Notes: generated from the sequence alone by a model not told the origin. Numbered from the stretch's first letter, positions 47,014 through 58,157 are shown. The stretch is 64,000 nucleotides of DNA from an uncultured Lachnospiraceae bacterium (GCA_910586705.1 CAJUJK010000019.1:3643-67642); one strand, 5' to 3'. Program-made: numbers and translations.

Positions 47014-47997
47014 GTGGGTGAGGTACTATCACAGAGCGAGATAGACAATCTGCTTGCCGCTTTGAGCAGCGGTGAGCTGGACACGGATGAACTGAACGGC
47101 GCGGATGATAAGCAGATTAAGGATTACGACTTTAAACGGCCGACTAAATTCTCGAAAGAGCATCTGCGCACATTGGAAATTATATATGAGCATTACGGAC
47201 GGCTGCTTTCCACGAGTATGCCGGTATACCTGCGAAAGAATATACAGGTATCGGTGACCAGTTCCGAGACGGTTATCTTTTCGGAGTTTTCAAACTCCCT
47301 TTCCAATCCGGTTATTCTGGGCGTTGTCAATTTTCATCCGCTGGGCGGAATGATACTGATCGAACTGGCTTCACAGCTCGGGTTCGCGATGATTGACAGG
47401 ATGCTGGGCGGCGCCGGTGATCCGCTCGAAAAGAGCAGGGAGTTCACCGAAATTGAAATGACAATCATCGAAAAAATGATGGTAGTCTGTATGCAGCTTA
47501 TGCGGGAGCCATGGAAGAATGTGGTGGATATCAATCCCATGATGGAGAGGATTGAGACCAATTCCCAGTTTGCACAGATTATCGCGCCGAGCGATATGAT
47601 TGCCATTGTCACCTTGAACATGAAGATAGGTGAAGTGGAAGGATTTATGAATGTATGTCTCCCCTTCTTCACGTTGGAGAGCGTCATGGATAAGCTCAAT
47701 ACGAAGTACTGGTATGCAAACCTGCAGGAGCAGGGTGACGAGGATTTCGAGGAGTACATCGAGGCTCTTATCAAGAGAGTGGATGTTCCTGTCAAGGCGG
47801 TGCTGGGAAAAACGAGCATATCGGTTACCGATTTTGTAAATCTGCAGATCGGCGACATCATACGATTAGATACCGAGGTAGAGCAGGATCTTACGGTGTA
47901 TGTGGGCAATATTAGAAAATTTACCGCGCTCCCGGGTACTAGCAGGGATAAGAATGCTGTGCGGGTTACTTCGGTGATCAGAGAGGGGGAAGAATAA
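47014..47997 (+). CDS. fliM: Motor switch protein FliM
   Basis: LSQSEIDNLL and YDFKRP motifs. Confidence 0.96.
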   Translation: MGEVLSQSEIDNLLAALSSGELDTDELNGADDKQIKDYDFKRPTKFSKEHLRTLEIIYEHYGRLLSTSMPVYLRKNIQVSVTSSETVIFSEFSNSLSNPVILGVVNFHPLGGMILIELASQLGFAMIDRMLGGAGDPLEKSREFTEIEMTIIEKMMVVCMQLMREPWKNVVDINPMMERIETNSQFAQIIAPSDMIAIVTLNMKIGEVEGFMNVCLPFFTLESVMDKLNTKYWYANLQEQGDEDFEEYIEALIKRVDVPVKAVLGKTSISVTDFVNLQIGDIIRLDTEVEQDLTVYVGNIRKFTALPGTSRDKNAVRVTSVIREGEE

Positions 47998-48001
47998 AAG
48001 C

Positions 48002-49219
48002 ATGGACGGAATGTTATCACAGGATGAAATAAATGCGCTTTTGAATGGCACGGATGATTCGGCCGGTGATGCTGCGGGAGAGAATACCGCAGGTTTTGAT
48101 GGTGATGAAGCGGATGATTCGCTTCTGTCAGACATTGAGAAAGACGCTGTCGGCGAGGTTGCCAATATCAGCATGGGCGCATCTGCTACCACCCTGTTCT
48201 CCATTGTTAACCGCAAGGTCAACATTACGACACCTGTGGTTAAGATGGCAACCTGGAAGAATGTACTGGAAGATTATGAGAAGCCCTGCGTATTTATTCT
48301 GATTAAGTATACACAGGGATTGGATGGATCGAATATTCTGATCTTAAAAGAGCATGATGTGAAGATCATCACAGATCTGATGATGGGTGGTGACGGCAGT
48401 AATACAGACGGAGAACTGGGAGAGCTGCATCTTTCAGCGATTTCGGAGGCGATGAACCAGATGATGGGTTCCTCCGCCACATCACTTTCCACCATGCTTG
48501 GCAAGATGATAGATATCAGCCCGCCGGAGGCAAGTCTGGTGGATCTGACGGCGTTTAAGTCAGGCGGCGATATTGCAGAGTTTCTGGAGGGAACTTTCGT
48601 AAAGATCTCCTTCAGGATGCAGATTGACGAGCTGGTGGATTCCACGATTATGCAGTTGTATCCGGTGGAGTTCGCGAAAGAGATTTATGACACCTTTATT
48701 GCCAGTCAGGGCGGTAACGAACCCCCTGCACCTGCGGCGGCGCCTGCGCCTGCCCCGGCACCGGCGGCAGCACCGGCTCCGGCACCGCAGCCTATGTCGC
48801 AGCAGCCCATGCCACAGCAGATGCCGCAGATGGATATGAGTCAGATGCAGATGATGCCACAGATGGGAATGCCCCAGATGATGCCGCAGATGCAGATGAT
48901 GCCCCAGATGATGCCGCAGCAGAATATGAATGTGCAGCCTGTTCAGTTCCAGAGTTTTGCCAGCGATTTCAATCCGCTGCAGAGTCAGGAGAATATCGAA
49001 CTGATCAAGGATGTACCGCTGGAGGTAACGGTAGAGCTGGGCAGGACTTCCAAATCCATTTCGGAGATTCTGGATTTTGCGCCGGGCACGATCATCGAAC
49101 TGGATAAAATTGCCGGTGAACCGATTGACATTCTGGTCAACGGCAAGTTTGTAGCAAAAGGTGAAGTAGTAGTTATTGAGGAAAGCTTTGGTATTCGGGT
49201 AACCGAAATTATCAAATAA
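48002..49219 (+). CDS. fliY: Switch phosphatase FliY
   Basis: LSQDEINALL; CheC-like EVANISMG and EAMNQMMG; FliN-like C-terminus. Confidence 0.95.
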   Translation: MDGMLSQDEINALLNGTDDSAGDAAGENTAGFDGDEADDSLLSDIEKDAVGEVANISMGASATTLFSIVNRKVNITTPVVKMATWKNVLEDYEKPCVFILIKYTQGLDGSNILILKEHDVKIITDLMMGGDGSNTDGELGELHLSAISEAMNQMMGSSATSLSTMLGKMIDISPPEASLVDLTAFKSGGDIAEFLEGTFVKISFRMQIDELVDSTIMQLYPVEFAKEIYDTFIASQGGNEPPAPAAAPAPAPAPAAAPAPAPQPMSQQPMPQQMPQMDMSQMQMMPQMGMPQMMPQMQMMPQMMPQQNMNVQPVQFQSFASDFNPLQSQENIELIKDVPLEVTVELGRTSKSISEILDFAPGTIIELDKIAGEPIDILVNGKFVAKGEVVVIEESFGIRVTEIIK

Positions 49220-49239
49220 TATGTGATAGGAGAAGAGAG

Positions 49240-49602
49240 ATGGCAAAGAATATTTTAGTATGTGATGATGCAGCGTTTATGCGAATGATGATCAAGGATA
49301 TCCTGACTAAGAACGGCTATAACGTGGCAGGAGAGGCTGAGAACGGCGCAAAAGCGGTTGAAAAGTACAACGAGCTGAAACCCGATCTTGTGCTGATGGA
49401 CATCACGATGCCTGAGATGGATGGTATTCAGGCTCTCAAGAAGATCAAAGAGGGCGATCCCGGCGCTATGGTTATTATGTGTTCCGCCATGGGTCAGCAG
49501 GCAATGGTTATCGAATCCATTCAGTCCGGCGCTAAGGATTTCATTGTAAAACCTTTTCAGGCTGACCGTGTCTTAGAGGCTGTGAAGAAGGTTGTTGGAT
49601 AA
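49240..49602 (+). CDS. cheY: Chemotaxis response regulator CheY
   Basis: DDAAFMR, MDITMP and FIVKPF motifs. Confidence 0.95.
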   Translation: MAKNILVCDDAAFMRMMIKDILTKNGYNVAGEAENGAKAVEKYNELKPDLVLMDITMPEMDGIQALKKIKEGDPGAMVIMCSAMGQQAMVIESIQSGAKDFIVKPFQADRVLEAVKKVVG

Positions 49603-49991
49603 TGCTTCTTACCGCTGCATTACCAGACAGGACTGACTCCTATGTGCAGTTTATAACAGTATTGCTGCTGTTTGTGTTCGTGCTGGCGATCACCGCCTTT
49701 GTGACCAGATGGATCGGCGGTTACCAGAAGGGCAGGTCTGTGGGCGCGAACATGGAGCTGATCGAGTCGCTCCGTCTGTCGAATAATAAGTACGTGCAGA
49801 TCGTCAGGATCGGACGGAAGTATTTGGCAGTTGCAGTCTGCAAAGATACTGTTACAATGTTATCAGAGATTCCCGAGGAGGATTTAAGCTTTCCCGAGGG
49901 GTCTTTCGGAAGTGCGTCCACTTTCAGGGACGTGCTCGCAAAAATACAGAAAGAAAGAATTCTGGAAAAAGAAGACGGGCGAGACGAATGA
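49602..49991 (+). CDS. fliO: FliO/FliZ
   Basis: TM helix plus beta domain; position. Confidence 0.85.
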   Translation: MLLTAALPDRTDSYVQFITVLLLFVFVLAITAFVTRWIGGYQKGRSVGANMELIESLRLSNNKYVQIVRIGRKYLAVAVCKDTVTMLSEIPEEDLSFPEGSFGSASTFRDVLAKIQKERILEKEDGRDE

Positions 49992-50908
49992 AGAGATATT
50001 TTTCCAGATATCATTTGGCAAAATTAATATGCCTGCTGATGGTGGCAGGCATATTGTATCTTAGCCGGGGGCTGACCGCCTTTGCGGTGGAGGATAACAG
50101 ACCGGATTCGGTGACGGAATCGGTGGTGACCGATACCCCTTACCGGGATTCCAATCTCACCGGTACGGAGAGTGAGAGAACAAATGTGGATCCGCCCGGT
50201 GCCTCTGAGAGCGCCGAAGATCTGGCTGAACTGAATATAGCCAATACGGTGACGGTTACGTACAACAATGGTAATGGCAGCGTGAATGGTGCGCTGCGTA
50301 TTCTGATGATCCTTACCTTGATTGCTATTGCACCGTCATTGCTTGTTATGTTAACCTCGTTTACGAGGATTATTATTGTACTCCATTTTACGAGACAGGC
50401 GTTGAACACGCAGTCGGCTCCGCCGAACACAGTGCTGATCGGCATAGCCCTGTTTCTGACCTTCTATGTGATGCAGCCCACACTGGCGGCGGTGTATACG
50501 GACGCGATTGTGCCTTTCGAGGCGGGGGAGCTGACACAGGAGGAGGCGCTCACGGCGGCAGCGGCGCCGGTCAGGCAGTTTATGTACGGACAGACCCAGA
50601 AGAGCGACGTCAATTTCTTTATGGATCTCTCACGTACCGAATGGAGTGGTGAACTGGACGACATACCGATCAGCGTGCTGGTGCCCGCATTTATTATCAA
50701 CGAGCTGCGGCAGGCGTTTATTATCGGTTTCCTTATATATATTCCGTTTATTGTGATTGACATGGTGGTGGCTTCCACACTGATGAGTATGGGTATGATG
50801 ATGCTGCCGCCGACCACGATTTCCATGCCGTTCAAGATTCTGCTGTTTGTGCTGGCGGACGGCTGGTATCTGGTGATCAAGGGAGTCGTAGAGAGTTTTT
50901 ATTACTGA
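49988..50908 (+). CDS. fliP: FliP
   Basis: TSFTRIIIV and MGMMMLPP motifs. Confidence 0.96.
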   Translation: MKRYFSRYHLAKLICLLMVAGILYLSRGLTAFAVEDNRPDSVTESVVTDTPYRDSNLTGTESERTNVDPPGASESAEDLAELNIANTVTVTYNNGNGSVNGALRILMILTLIAIAPSLLVMLTSFTRIIIVLHFTRQALNTQSAPPNTVLIGIALFLTFYVMQPTLAAVYTDAIVPFEAGELTQEEALTAAAAPVRQFMYGQTQKSDVNFFMDLSRTEWSGELDDIPISVLVPAFIINELRQAFIIGFLIYIPFIVIDMVVASTLMSMGMMMLPPTTISMPFKILLFVLADGWYLVIKGVVESFYY

Positions 50909-50947
50909 GCAGGCGCTCAGTGTATGCGAGGATTGGAGCGTGTGTAA

Positions 50948-51217
50948 ATGAATGTCAATGACGTCACAGCCATTGCCGAGCAGGCAATCTTTACAATTAT
51001 CAAGTGCGGCGCACCGATGCTTCTGGTTTCTCTCTGCGTAGGTCTGTGCGTGAGTATTTTCCAGACCGTTACCTCCATTCAGGAGCAGACGCTTACCTTT
51101 GTGCCGAAGATACTGGCAATTTTTCTGTCGCTGATTGTCATGGGACACTGGATTATGAACAACATGGTGGAGTTTATGACAGTGCTGTGGACCGACTTCA
51201 ATCGTTATCTCAGATAG
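50948..51217 (+). CDS. fliQ: FliQ
   Basis: FQTVTSIQEQTLTFVPK motif. Confidence 0.96.
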   Translation: MNVNDVTAIAEQAIFTIIKCGAPMLLVSLCVGLCVSIFQTVTSIQEQTLTFVPKILAIFLSLIVMGHWIMNNMVEFMTVLWTDFNRYLR

Positions 51218-51247
51218 GGATAATTTCTGCTGTGGGAAAGTGACAAT

Positions 51248-52027
51248 ATGTTAGATATCAGCTTTACTTATGCGGATTTGGAATATTTTCTGTTGATTTT
51301 GGTGCGGGTCAGCTGCTTTGTGTACGTTGCTCCGTTTTTCAGCATGTCAAATGTACCCCGGAGAGTAAAGGCTGGTTTCAGTATCTTTTTCGCCTATCTG
51401 ATCTATGTGTCACTGGACAGGGGAGAGGTGGTTTACAACTCGCTTCTCGGCTACGCGGTGATTGTGATGAAGGAGGCGCTGACGGGATTTCTGGTCGGCT
51501 GGGGTGCGCAGATATGCACCACGGTAACTTCCTTTGCGGGAAGCATCGCGGACATGGAGATCGGTCTTTCCATGGTTTCGCTGTTAGATCCGACGACGAA
51601 AGAGCAGGCGACCTTCACGGGCGTGTTCTATCAGTACATGTTTACGCTTTTGATGATTATCTCGGGTCTGTACCAGTACCTGATAAGGGCGCTGGTGGAT
51701 ACCTTTACCTTAATTCCGATAAACGGCGCGATTTTTAAGAGAGAGGCGCTGTTGGAATCCATTCTCCTGTTTCTGGGGGATTATCTGGTGATCGGATTCC
51801 GCATCATACTGCCGATCTTCTGTGCCATGATTTTTCTGAACTGTGTGCTTGGCGTGCTGGCAAAGGTGTCTCCGCAGCTTAACATGTTTGCCGTCGGTAT
51901 GCAGCTGAAAGTGCTTGTGGGACTGGGAATCCTCTTTTTGTCGGTGCGGATGCTGCCGGCTCTGGCGGACAACGTCTTTACGCAGATGAAGCGGATGATA
52001 GTATCCTTTGTGGAGGGGATGATTTGA
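51248..52027 (+). CDS. fliR: FliR
   Basis: Polytopic; PQLNMFAVG motif. Confidence 0.95.
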   Translation: MLDISFTYADLEYFLLILVRVSCFVYVAPFFSMSNVPRRVKAGFSIFFAYLIYVSLDRGEVVYNSLLGYAVIVMKEALTGFLVGWGAQICTTVTSFAGSIADMEIGLSMVSLLDPTTKEQATFTGVFYQYMFTLLMIISGLYQYLIRALVDTFTLIPINGAIFKREALLESILLFLGDYLVIGFRIILPIFCAMIFLNCVLGVLAKVSPQLNMFAVGMQLKVLVGLGILFLSVRMLPALADNVFTQMKRMIVSFVEGMI

Positions 52028-53136
52028 TCTTACAATATAATCTCCAGTTTTTCGCCAAGGATGGTCCGGGCGGAGAAAAAACCGAAGAACCTACCAGTAA
52101 AAAGCTCAGTGACGCGAGAAATGAAGGACAGGTGGCGAAGAGCAAAGAGGTGACGAGCGCCTTTGAGATGCTGGCAGCCTTTCTGATGATGCGTTTCTTC
52201 ATACAGTACATAGGAACGGTTCTGGTGGGGAATATTTACGATATTTACTCCCAGATCCCGACGTATGTGAAGCTCTACGAAGGGCATATCCAGTCGCAGA
52301 CCTTCCGGATGCTGTTTGTGCAGTCCCTCCTGCGGATTCTGCAGATCATCGCGCCGTTTCTGATTGTGGGTTTTCTGGTGGCTTTTATCACAAACCTTTT
52401 ACAGGTAAAATGGAAGGTGACGACCAAGCCGCTGAAGCCAAAATTCAGCAAACTGAACCCGGTGAACGGCTTTAAACGTTTTTTTTCACCAAACTCTCTG
52501 GTAGAACTGGTGAAATCGGTATTAAAACTGGCGCTGATCGGGTATGTGGTGAAAAGCTATCTGGAAAAAAATATGCCGCCCATCTTCCAGCTTTATGATA
52601 TTTCCCTGAATCAGGGAATCGTGCAGGTGGGTATGCTGGTGATCAATCTGGGCATACGGATATCTTTGTTTTACATGCTCATTGCCGCCGCTGACTATGT
52701 CTATCAGAAGATCAAGTTCAAGAAAGATATGAAGATGACCAAGCAGGAAGTCAAGGACGAGTATAAGAATGCAGAAGGTGATCCTCAGGTCAAGAGCAAA
52801 CAGAGGCAGAGGATGATGGAGGCGTCCAGACGCCGCATGATGCAGCAGCTTCCCGAGGCGGATGTGGTTATCACGAACCCGACCCACTACGCCGTGGCGA
52901 TCAAGTATGAGCCTGAACTTTACGACGCTCCCTTTGTGGTGGCGAAGGGCGCCGATTATCTGGCGCAGAAGATCAAGGATGTGGCGAAGGAAAACCGTAT
53001 CGAGATTGTGGAAAACAAACCTTTGGCACGAATGCTCTACGCGAATGTGGATGTGGGCAGCGTGGTGCCGCCGGAATTGTATCAGGCGGTGGCGGAGGTG
53101 CTGGCTTTCGTATATCATTTGAAGGGAAAAGTTTGA
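52024..53136 (+). CDS. flhB: FlhB
   Basis: EKTEEPT motif and NPTH autocleavage motif. Confidence 0.97.
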   Translation: MILQYNLQFFAKDGPGGEKTEEPTSKKLSDARNEGQVAKSKEVTSAFEMLAAFLMMRFFIQYIGTVLVGNIYDIYSQIPTYVKLYEGHIQSQTFRMLFVQSLLRILQIIAPFLIVGFLVAFITNLLQVKWKVTTKPLKPKFSKLNPVNGFKRFFSPNSLVELVKSVLKLALIGYVVKSYLEKNMPPIFQLYDISLNQGIVQVGMLVINLGIRISLFYMLIAAADYVYQKIKFKKDMKMTKQEVKDEYKNAEGDPQVKSKQRQRMMEASRRRMMQQLPEADVVITNPTHYAVAIKYEPELYDAPFVVAKGADYLAQKIKDVAKENRIEIVENKPLARMLYANVDVGSVVPPELYQAVAEVLAFVYHLKGKV

Positions 53137-53186
53137 TTGTATGTGTTATATAACGAGTGTTATTTCATGGAAGGAGGTGACTTGCG

Positions 53187-55229
53187 ATGCAGAAACTCAG
53201 AATTGGTGACGTTGGCGTTACCCTGTATCTGTTAGCGGCGTTTGTGATGCTGATCGTTCCGATTAAATCGGGACTTCTGGATGTACTTCTCGCCTGCAAT
53301 ATCGCGGTCGCCTTTACAGTCATGTTCAGTTGTATGTTTGCCAATGAAGTGCTGAAGATGTCGTTTTACCCGACGATCCTGCTCTTCACGACCGTGTTCA
53401 GGATTGCGCTGAATGTTTCCTCCACGAGACTGATTTTGTCTACCGGCGACGCCGGCAACGTGGTGCAGACCTTCGGTCAGTATGTGGGCGGCGGTGATCT
53501 TCTGATCGGTGTCCTTGTGTTCTTAATTCTGATTATCGTACAGTTTATGATTATCAACAAAGGTTCCGAGCGTGTGGCTGAGGTGACGGCGCGATTCACG
53601 CTGGACGCGATGCCCGGTAAGCAGATGGCGATCGACGCGGACCTTAATACCGGCGCCATCACGGATGAGGAGGCGAGAAAGCGCCGCGAAAAGATTCAGG
53701 ACGAGTCCACTTTTTTCGGTTCCATGGACGGTGCCGTGAAGTACGTAAAGGGAGATGCCACCGCCGGTCTGGTGATCACTTTCATCAATATCGTGGGCGG
53801 AATCGGCTTCGGCGTGTTCCGTCAGGGTATGGAAATGGTGGAAGCTCTCAATAAATATACGATTCTGACCATCGGTGACGGTCTGGTGAGCCAGATTCCG
53901 TCCCTGCTGATCTCTCTCGCCACAGGTATTCTTGTGACGAAGGGGTCCAAGGAGGCGGATTTCGGCACGGTGCTGATCAGCCAGCTTTTCGGTACGCCCA
54001 AGGTACTGTATCTGGTGGGCGCGGTTCTGGCGTTTCTGGGAATTGTCACCCCCTTGAATCCGGTGGTATTCGTGGGACTCGGTCTGGTATTCGTGGTGGT
54101 CGGCAGAGTGATGGCGGGCACCATCGAGACGGCTGTGATCGAGCACGAGGCTGACGAGGAAGAGGCGGCGGCGGAGGAGATCAGGCAGCCGGAGAATGTC
54201 ACTTCGCTCCTGCAGGTTGACCCCATCGAGCTGGAGTTCGGCTACGGCATCATTCCCTTAGCCGACGTCAATCAGGGCGGCGATCTTCTGGACCGCGTGG
54301 TTATGATCCGAAGGCAGATCGCGCTGGAACTCGGTACGGTCGTGCCGATTATCCGCCTGCGTGATAACATACAGTTGAATCCAAACCAATATATTATTAA
54401 AATAAAGGGTGTGCAGGTCAGCGAGGGCGAGATCCTGTTCGACCACTACATGGCGATGAACCCCGGTTATGTGGAGGAGGAGATCACAGGTATCCCGACC
54501 TTCGAGCCGTCCTTCCACCTGCCCGCCATCTGGATCACGGAGGGGCAGAGGGAGCGCGCGGAGAGCATGGGCTACACGGTGGTAGACCCGCCGTCCATCA
54601 TTGCGACGCATCTGACGGAGATTATCAGACAGTACATATCCGAACTTCTGACGAGACAGGATGTACAGAGTCTGGTGGACAATTTAAAGGAGTCGAACCC
54701 TTCCCTCGTGGAGGAGCTGTTTCCGAAGCTTCTGGGACTCGGCGAGATACAGAAAGTATTGCAGAATCTGTTAAAGGAAGGCATTTCCATCAGGGATCTG
54801 CTTACCATTTTCGAGACGCTGGCGGATTACGCTTCGACGACCAGAGATACCGATATTCTGACGGAGTATGTCAGACAGAGTTTAAAGCGCGCGATTTCGG
54901 GCAAGTTTTTCCCGGCAAACGAGACGACAAGCGTGGTGACGCTGGATCCGAAGCTGGAGCAGGAGATCATGGCGAGCGTCAAGCAGACGGAGCAGGGCGC
55001 TTATCTGACTCTCGATCCCGCAAAGACGAAAGATATCATGGAATCTCTTGGCGTGGAGGTCAAAAAGCTGGAAGACCTTGGCAAGATCCCGCTTGTGATC
55101 ACCTCTCCGATTGTGCGTGCTTACTTTAAAAAGCTGACGGAGGACTACTATAAGGATCTGGTTGTTGTGTCCTATAACGAGGTGGAATCCAGTGTTGAAT
55201 TACAGTCTGTTGGGATGGTGACAGCATAA
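53187..55229 (+). CDS. flhA: FlhA
   Basis: RFTLDAMPGKQMAIDADL motif. Confidence 0.98.
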   Translation: MQKLRIGDVGVTLYLLAAFVMLIVPIKSGLLDVLLACNIAVAFTVMFSCMFANEVLKMSFYPTILLFTTVFRIALNVSSTRLILSTGDAGNVVQTFGQYVGGGDLLIGVLVFLILIIVQFMIINKGSERVAEVTARFTLDAMPGKQMAIDADLNTGAITDEEARKRREKIQDESTFFGSMDGAVKYVKGDATAGLVITFINIVGGIGFGVFRQGMEMVEALNKYTILTIGDGLVSQIPSLLISLATGILVTKGSKEADFGTVLISQLFGTPKVLYLVGAVLAFLGIVTPLNPVVFVGLGLVFVVVGRVMAGTIETAVIEHEADEEEAAAEEIRQPENVTSLLQVDPIELEFGYGIIPLADVNQGGDLLDRVVMIRRQIALELGTVVPIIRLRDNIQLNPNQYIIKIKGVQVSEGEILFDHYMAMNPGYVEEEITGIPTFEPSFHLPAIWITEGQRERAESMGYTVVDPPSIIATHLTEIIRQYISELLTRQDVQSLVDNLKESNPSLVEELFPKLLGLGEIQKVLQNLLKEGISIRDLLTIFETLADYASTTRDTDILTEYVRQSLKRAISGKFFPANETTSVVTLDPKLEQEIMASVKQTEQGAYLTLDPAKTKDIMESLGVEVKKLEDLGKIPLVITSPIVRAYFKKLTEDYYKDLVVVSYNEVESSVELQSVGMVTA

Positions 55230-56470
55230 TGATAATTAAAAAATTTACTGCGAAAACCGAAAAGGAAGCGATCGAGAACGCCAGAGCGGAACTGGGCGAA
55301 GGCGTGGTCGTGATGAACGTGAAGCCCGTGAAACCCAAGGGTCTTTTCGCGTTTCTGAAGACTCCCATGGTGGAGGTCACGGTGGCGCTTGAGGAGGAGA
55401 GCGAGAAGCTGACGGCGGCGGTATCGGCGATCAGCAATGTGATTGCCTCCAGCCAGAATAAAGAAGAAGAGGCGGCGAAGAGTGCGCCTGTTAACAATAC
55501 ACCCGTTACGGAAACCCATGAGATGCGGGACGGCGGCGCCGTAAAGGAGAAACGGGAAAACAACAGCGCCATAGAGGAGAAGCTGGACAGTCTCCAGTCG
55601 CTTCTGGAACAGCAGCTCCAGAAGCCCGAGGAGGAGAAGGAAGAGGCGCAGGAAGAGAAAAAAGAGGAGACGGAGACGGATAAATTCATGCACCTTCTGC
55701 ATGATACCATGCTGGACAATGAGGTGGATGAAAAGTATGCCAGAGAGATCATAGAGGAGATCGAGCTGATCAACAAGCCGAATATTCCCTTTGACTATGC
55801 GCTGGCGAATATTTACCAGAAGATGATCCTCAAATTCGGCAAGCCGAGCGGTATTGGGCCGGCGTCAAACGGAATCAAGCTTGTGTTCTTTATCGGTCCT
55901 ACCGGTGTCGGAAAGACGACCACGATCGCCAAGATCGCGTCCAAGTTCCGCGTGGATGAGAAGAAGAAGGTGGCGCTTCTGACGGCGGATACCTACCGCA
56001 TCGCCGCGGCGGAGCAGCTGCGCACCTACGCGAATATTCTGGAGGTGCCTTTCCGCGTGATCTACACGGTGGAGGAAATCAACAAGGCGCTGGAGGATTT
56101 CAAAGACTACGATTATATCCTGATTGATACGGCGGGACACTCCCACCAGAATACGACGCAGAAAGATAACATGCGTAATATTATACATTCCGTGGATGAC
56201 AGGGTGGAGAGCGAGGTGCACCTTGTCCTGAGCGCCACGACGAAGTACAAGGATCTGATCAGCATAGCGGATTCCTATAAGGAGATGGCGGACTACAAGC
56301 TGATCTTCACGAAGCTGGACGAGACGACGACACTCGGCAATCTTCTGAATCTGCGGCTTTATACGGGCGCGTCGCTGTCCTATGTGACATACGGGCAGAA
56401 TGTGCCGGATGATATCGAGGACTTTAATCCGCAGAAGACGGTCAAGAGACTGCTAGGCGGGAAGAACTGA
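55229..56470 (+). CDS. flhF: SRP-type GTPase FlhF
   Basis: GPTGVGKTTT, DTAG and TKLDET motifs. Confidence 0.96.
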   Translation: MIIKKFTAKTEKEAIENARAELGEGVVVMNVKPVKPKGLFAFLKTPMVEVTVALEEESEKLTAAVSAISNVIASSQNKEEEAAKSAPVNNTPVTETHEMRDGGAVKEKRENNSAIEEKLDSLQSLLEQQLQKPEEEKEEAQEEKKEETETDKFMHLLHDTMLDNEVDEKYAREIIEEIELINKPNIPFDYALANIYQKMILKFGKPSGIGPASNGIKLVFFIGPTGVGKTTTIAKIASKFRVDEKKKVALLTADTYRIAAAEQLRTYANILEVPFRVIYTVEEINKALEDFKDYDYILIDTAGHSHQNTTQKDNMRNIIHSVDDRVESEVHLVLSATTKYKDLISIADSYKEMADYKLIFTKLDETTTLGNLLNLRLYTGASLSYVTYGQNVPDDIEDFNPQKTVKRLLGGKN

Positions 56471-56504
56471 CCGGAGGAAGAACTAAGGAGGAGATCTGAT
56501 TATA

Positions 56505-57380
56505 ATGGATCAGGCTGAACAACTGAGAAGGATAATAAAGGGAAGCGCTCCGCCGAAACGTCCTCTGGCAAGGGTCATCACCGTTACAAGCGGCAAGGGA
56601 GGCGTTGGGAAATCAAATACGGCGATCAATCTGGCAATACAGTTTCGCAAAATGGGACAGAAGGTTATTATTCTGGATGCGGATTTCGGACTGGCAAACA
56701 TAGAGATCATGTTTGGCGCCGTTCCTAAACATAACTTGTGTGATTTAATTTATCAGGGAAAGAATATCAGGGATATCATCACCTGGGGTCCCATGGAAGT
56801 GGGCTTTATATCGGGCGGTTCCGGGATCACGGGGATGACGAATCTGGATAAGGATAATCTGGTGACTATCATAGACAATCTGGCGGAGTTAGACGAGATG
56901 GCGGAGACCATTATTGTGGATACCGGCGCGGGCATTTCGGACGCGGTGCTGGAATTTCTCGTGGCGAGCGGGGAGATCCTTCTGGTGACCACGCCGGAGC
57001 CGACTTCCATCACGGACTCCTACTCGCTCCTTAAGGCGCTGAGCCGTCATCCCCGCTACAGGGCGGAGAGAACGCAGGTGAAGGTGCTCGCGAACAAGGT
57101 GACGGGGGAACAGGAAGCGCTCTCGCTTTACGGGAAGCTGGAAACGGTGGTGGAGCGGTATCTCAAGGTGTCGGTCTCCTATCTGGGGATGATTCCGCAG
57201 GATCCGCTTCTGGCGAAGGCGGTGATGCAGCAGATGCCGGTATCTTTGGATAACCCCAAGGCAAGGTCAGCGATTGCCTACGAAATTATCGCGGCGAAAC
57301 TGATGAATAAGGAACTGGACAAAACGATTCCGAGGCGTGGTATGGCGGCATTCTTTTCCCATATCATGTCGGGAAAATAA
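56505..57380 (+). CDS. flhG: MinD-like ATPase FlhG
   Basis: MDQAEQLR start and SGKGGVGKS. Confidence 0.94.
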   Translation: MDQAEQLRRIIKGSAPPKRPLARVITVTSGKGGVGKSNTAINLAIQFRKMGQKVIILDADFGLANIEIMFGAVPKHNLCDLIYQGKNIRDIITWGPMEVGFISGGSGITGMTNLDKDNLVTIIDNLAELDEMAETIIVDTGAGISDAVLEFLVASGEILLVTTPEPTSITDSYSLLKALSRHPRYRAERTQVKVLANKVTGEQEALSLYGKLETVVERYLKVSVSYLGMIPQDPLLAKAVMQQMPVSLDNPKARSAIAYEIIAAKLMNKELDKTIPRRGMAAFFSHIMSGK

Positions 57381-57411
57381 GACGGCAGGCATTTACGCCG
57401 GGAGGTAAGAG

Positions 57412-58140
57412 ATGTCAGAAGTGTTATCAAAGTACGCGGTGCCGGGAGGAGAGGTAGAACTCAAGGCGATCGGCAGGGAGCGGGAGCCGGAGGACAGCAG
57501 GCTGCGCAAGGCACACCGGAGTCAGGTCCTGCGGGTATTGACGGAGAACCGCGTGGAGGTAGCGATGCCGATCGAGGAGGGCAAGCTGATTCTCCTGCCG
57601 GTGGACGGCGAATACGACATGTATTTTTACGGGAACAACGTGGTTTACCAGTGCACGGCGCGGGTGGCTGACCGCTATCGCCATAACGGGCAGTATGTGC
57701 TGGTGATGGATCTGACGAGCAACCTGCGCAATTACCAGAGGCGCGAGTATTACCGTTTCAGCTGCGCGCTGGAAATGGATTCGAGACAGCTTAGCGAGGA
57801 GGAGGAAATCTCCGTTGCCGCGCAGGAGGAACTGCTGCCGGCGCTGCCCTTAAAGAGCAGCGTGATCGTGGACATCAGCGGCGGCGGGCTCAGGTTTGTT
57901 GCCTACTACGCTTACGAGGTGAACAGCCTGATCCTGTGTAAGTACCATCTGCAGATTGAAGGCAGGGAGAAGGAGTACCGGCTTGTTGGAAAAGTTCTGG
58001 CGGTGAACGAGCTGGAGAAGGAGCCGGGCGTGTTTGACCACCGCGTGCAGTATGTGAATGTAGATCCTCAGGACAGGGAGGAAATTATTCAGTATATTTT
58101 TGACGAGGCGAGGAAAACCCATAGGAAAGCGGGTGGCTGA
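57412..58140 (+). CDS. PilZ-domain flagellar brake protein (YcgR-like)
   Basis: QRREYYR and DISGGG motifs. Confidence 0.9.
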   Translation: MSEVLSKYAVPGGEVELKAIGREREPEDSRLRKAHRSQVLRVLTENRVEVAMPIEEGKLILLPVDGEYDMYFYGNNVVYQCTARVADRYRHNGQYVLVMDLTSNLRNYQRREYYRFSCALEMDSRQLSEEEEISVAAQEELLPALPLKSSVIVDISGGGLRFVAYYAYEVNSLILCKYHLQIEGREKEYRLVGKVLAVNELEKEPGVFDHRVQYVNVDPQDREEIIQYIFDEARKTHRKAGG

Positions 58141-58157
58141 TCTGCCGGAGGTAGAAT

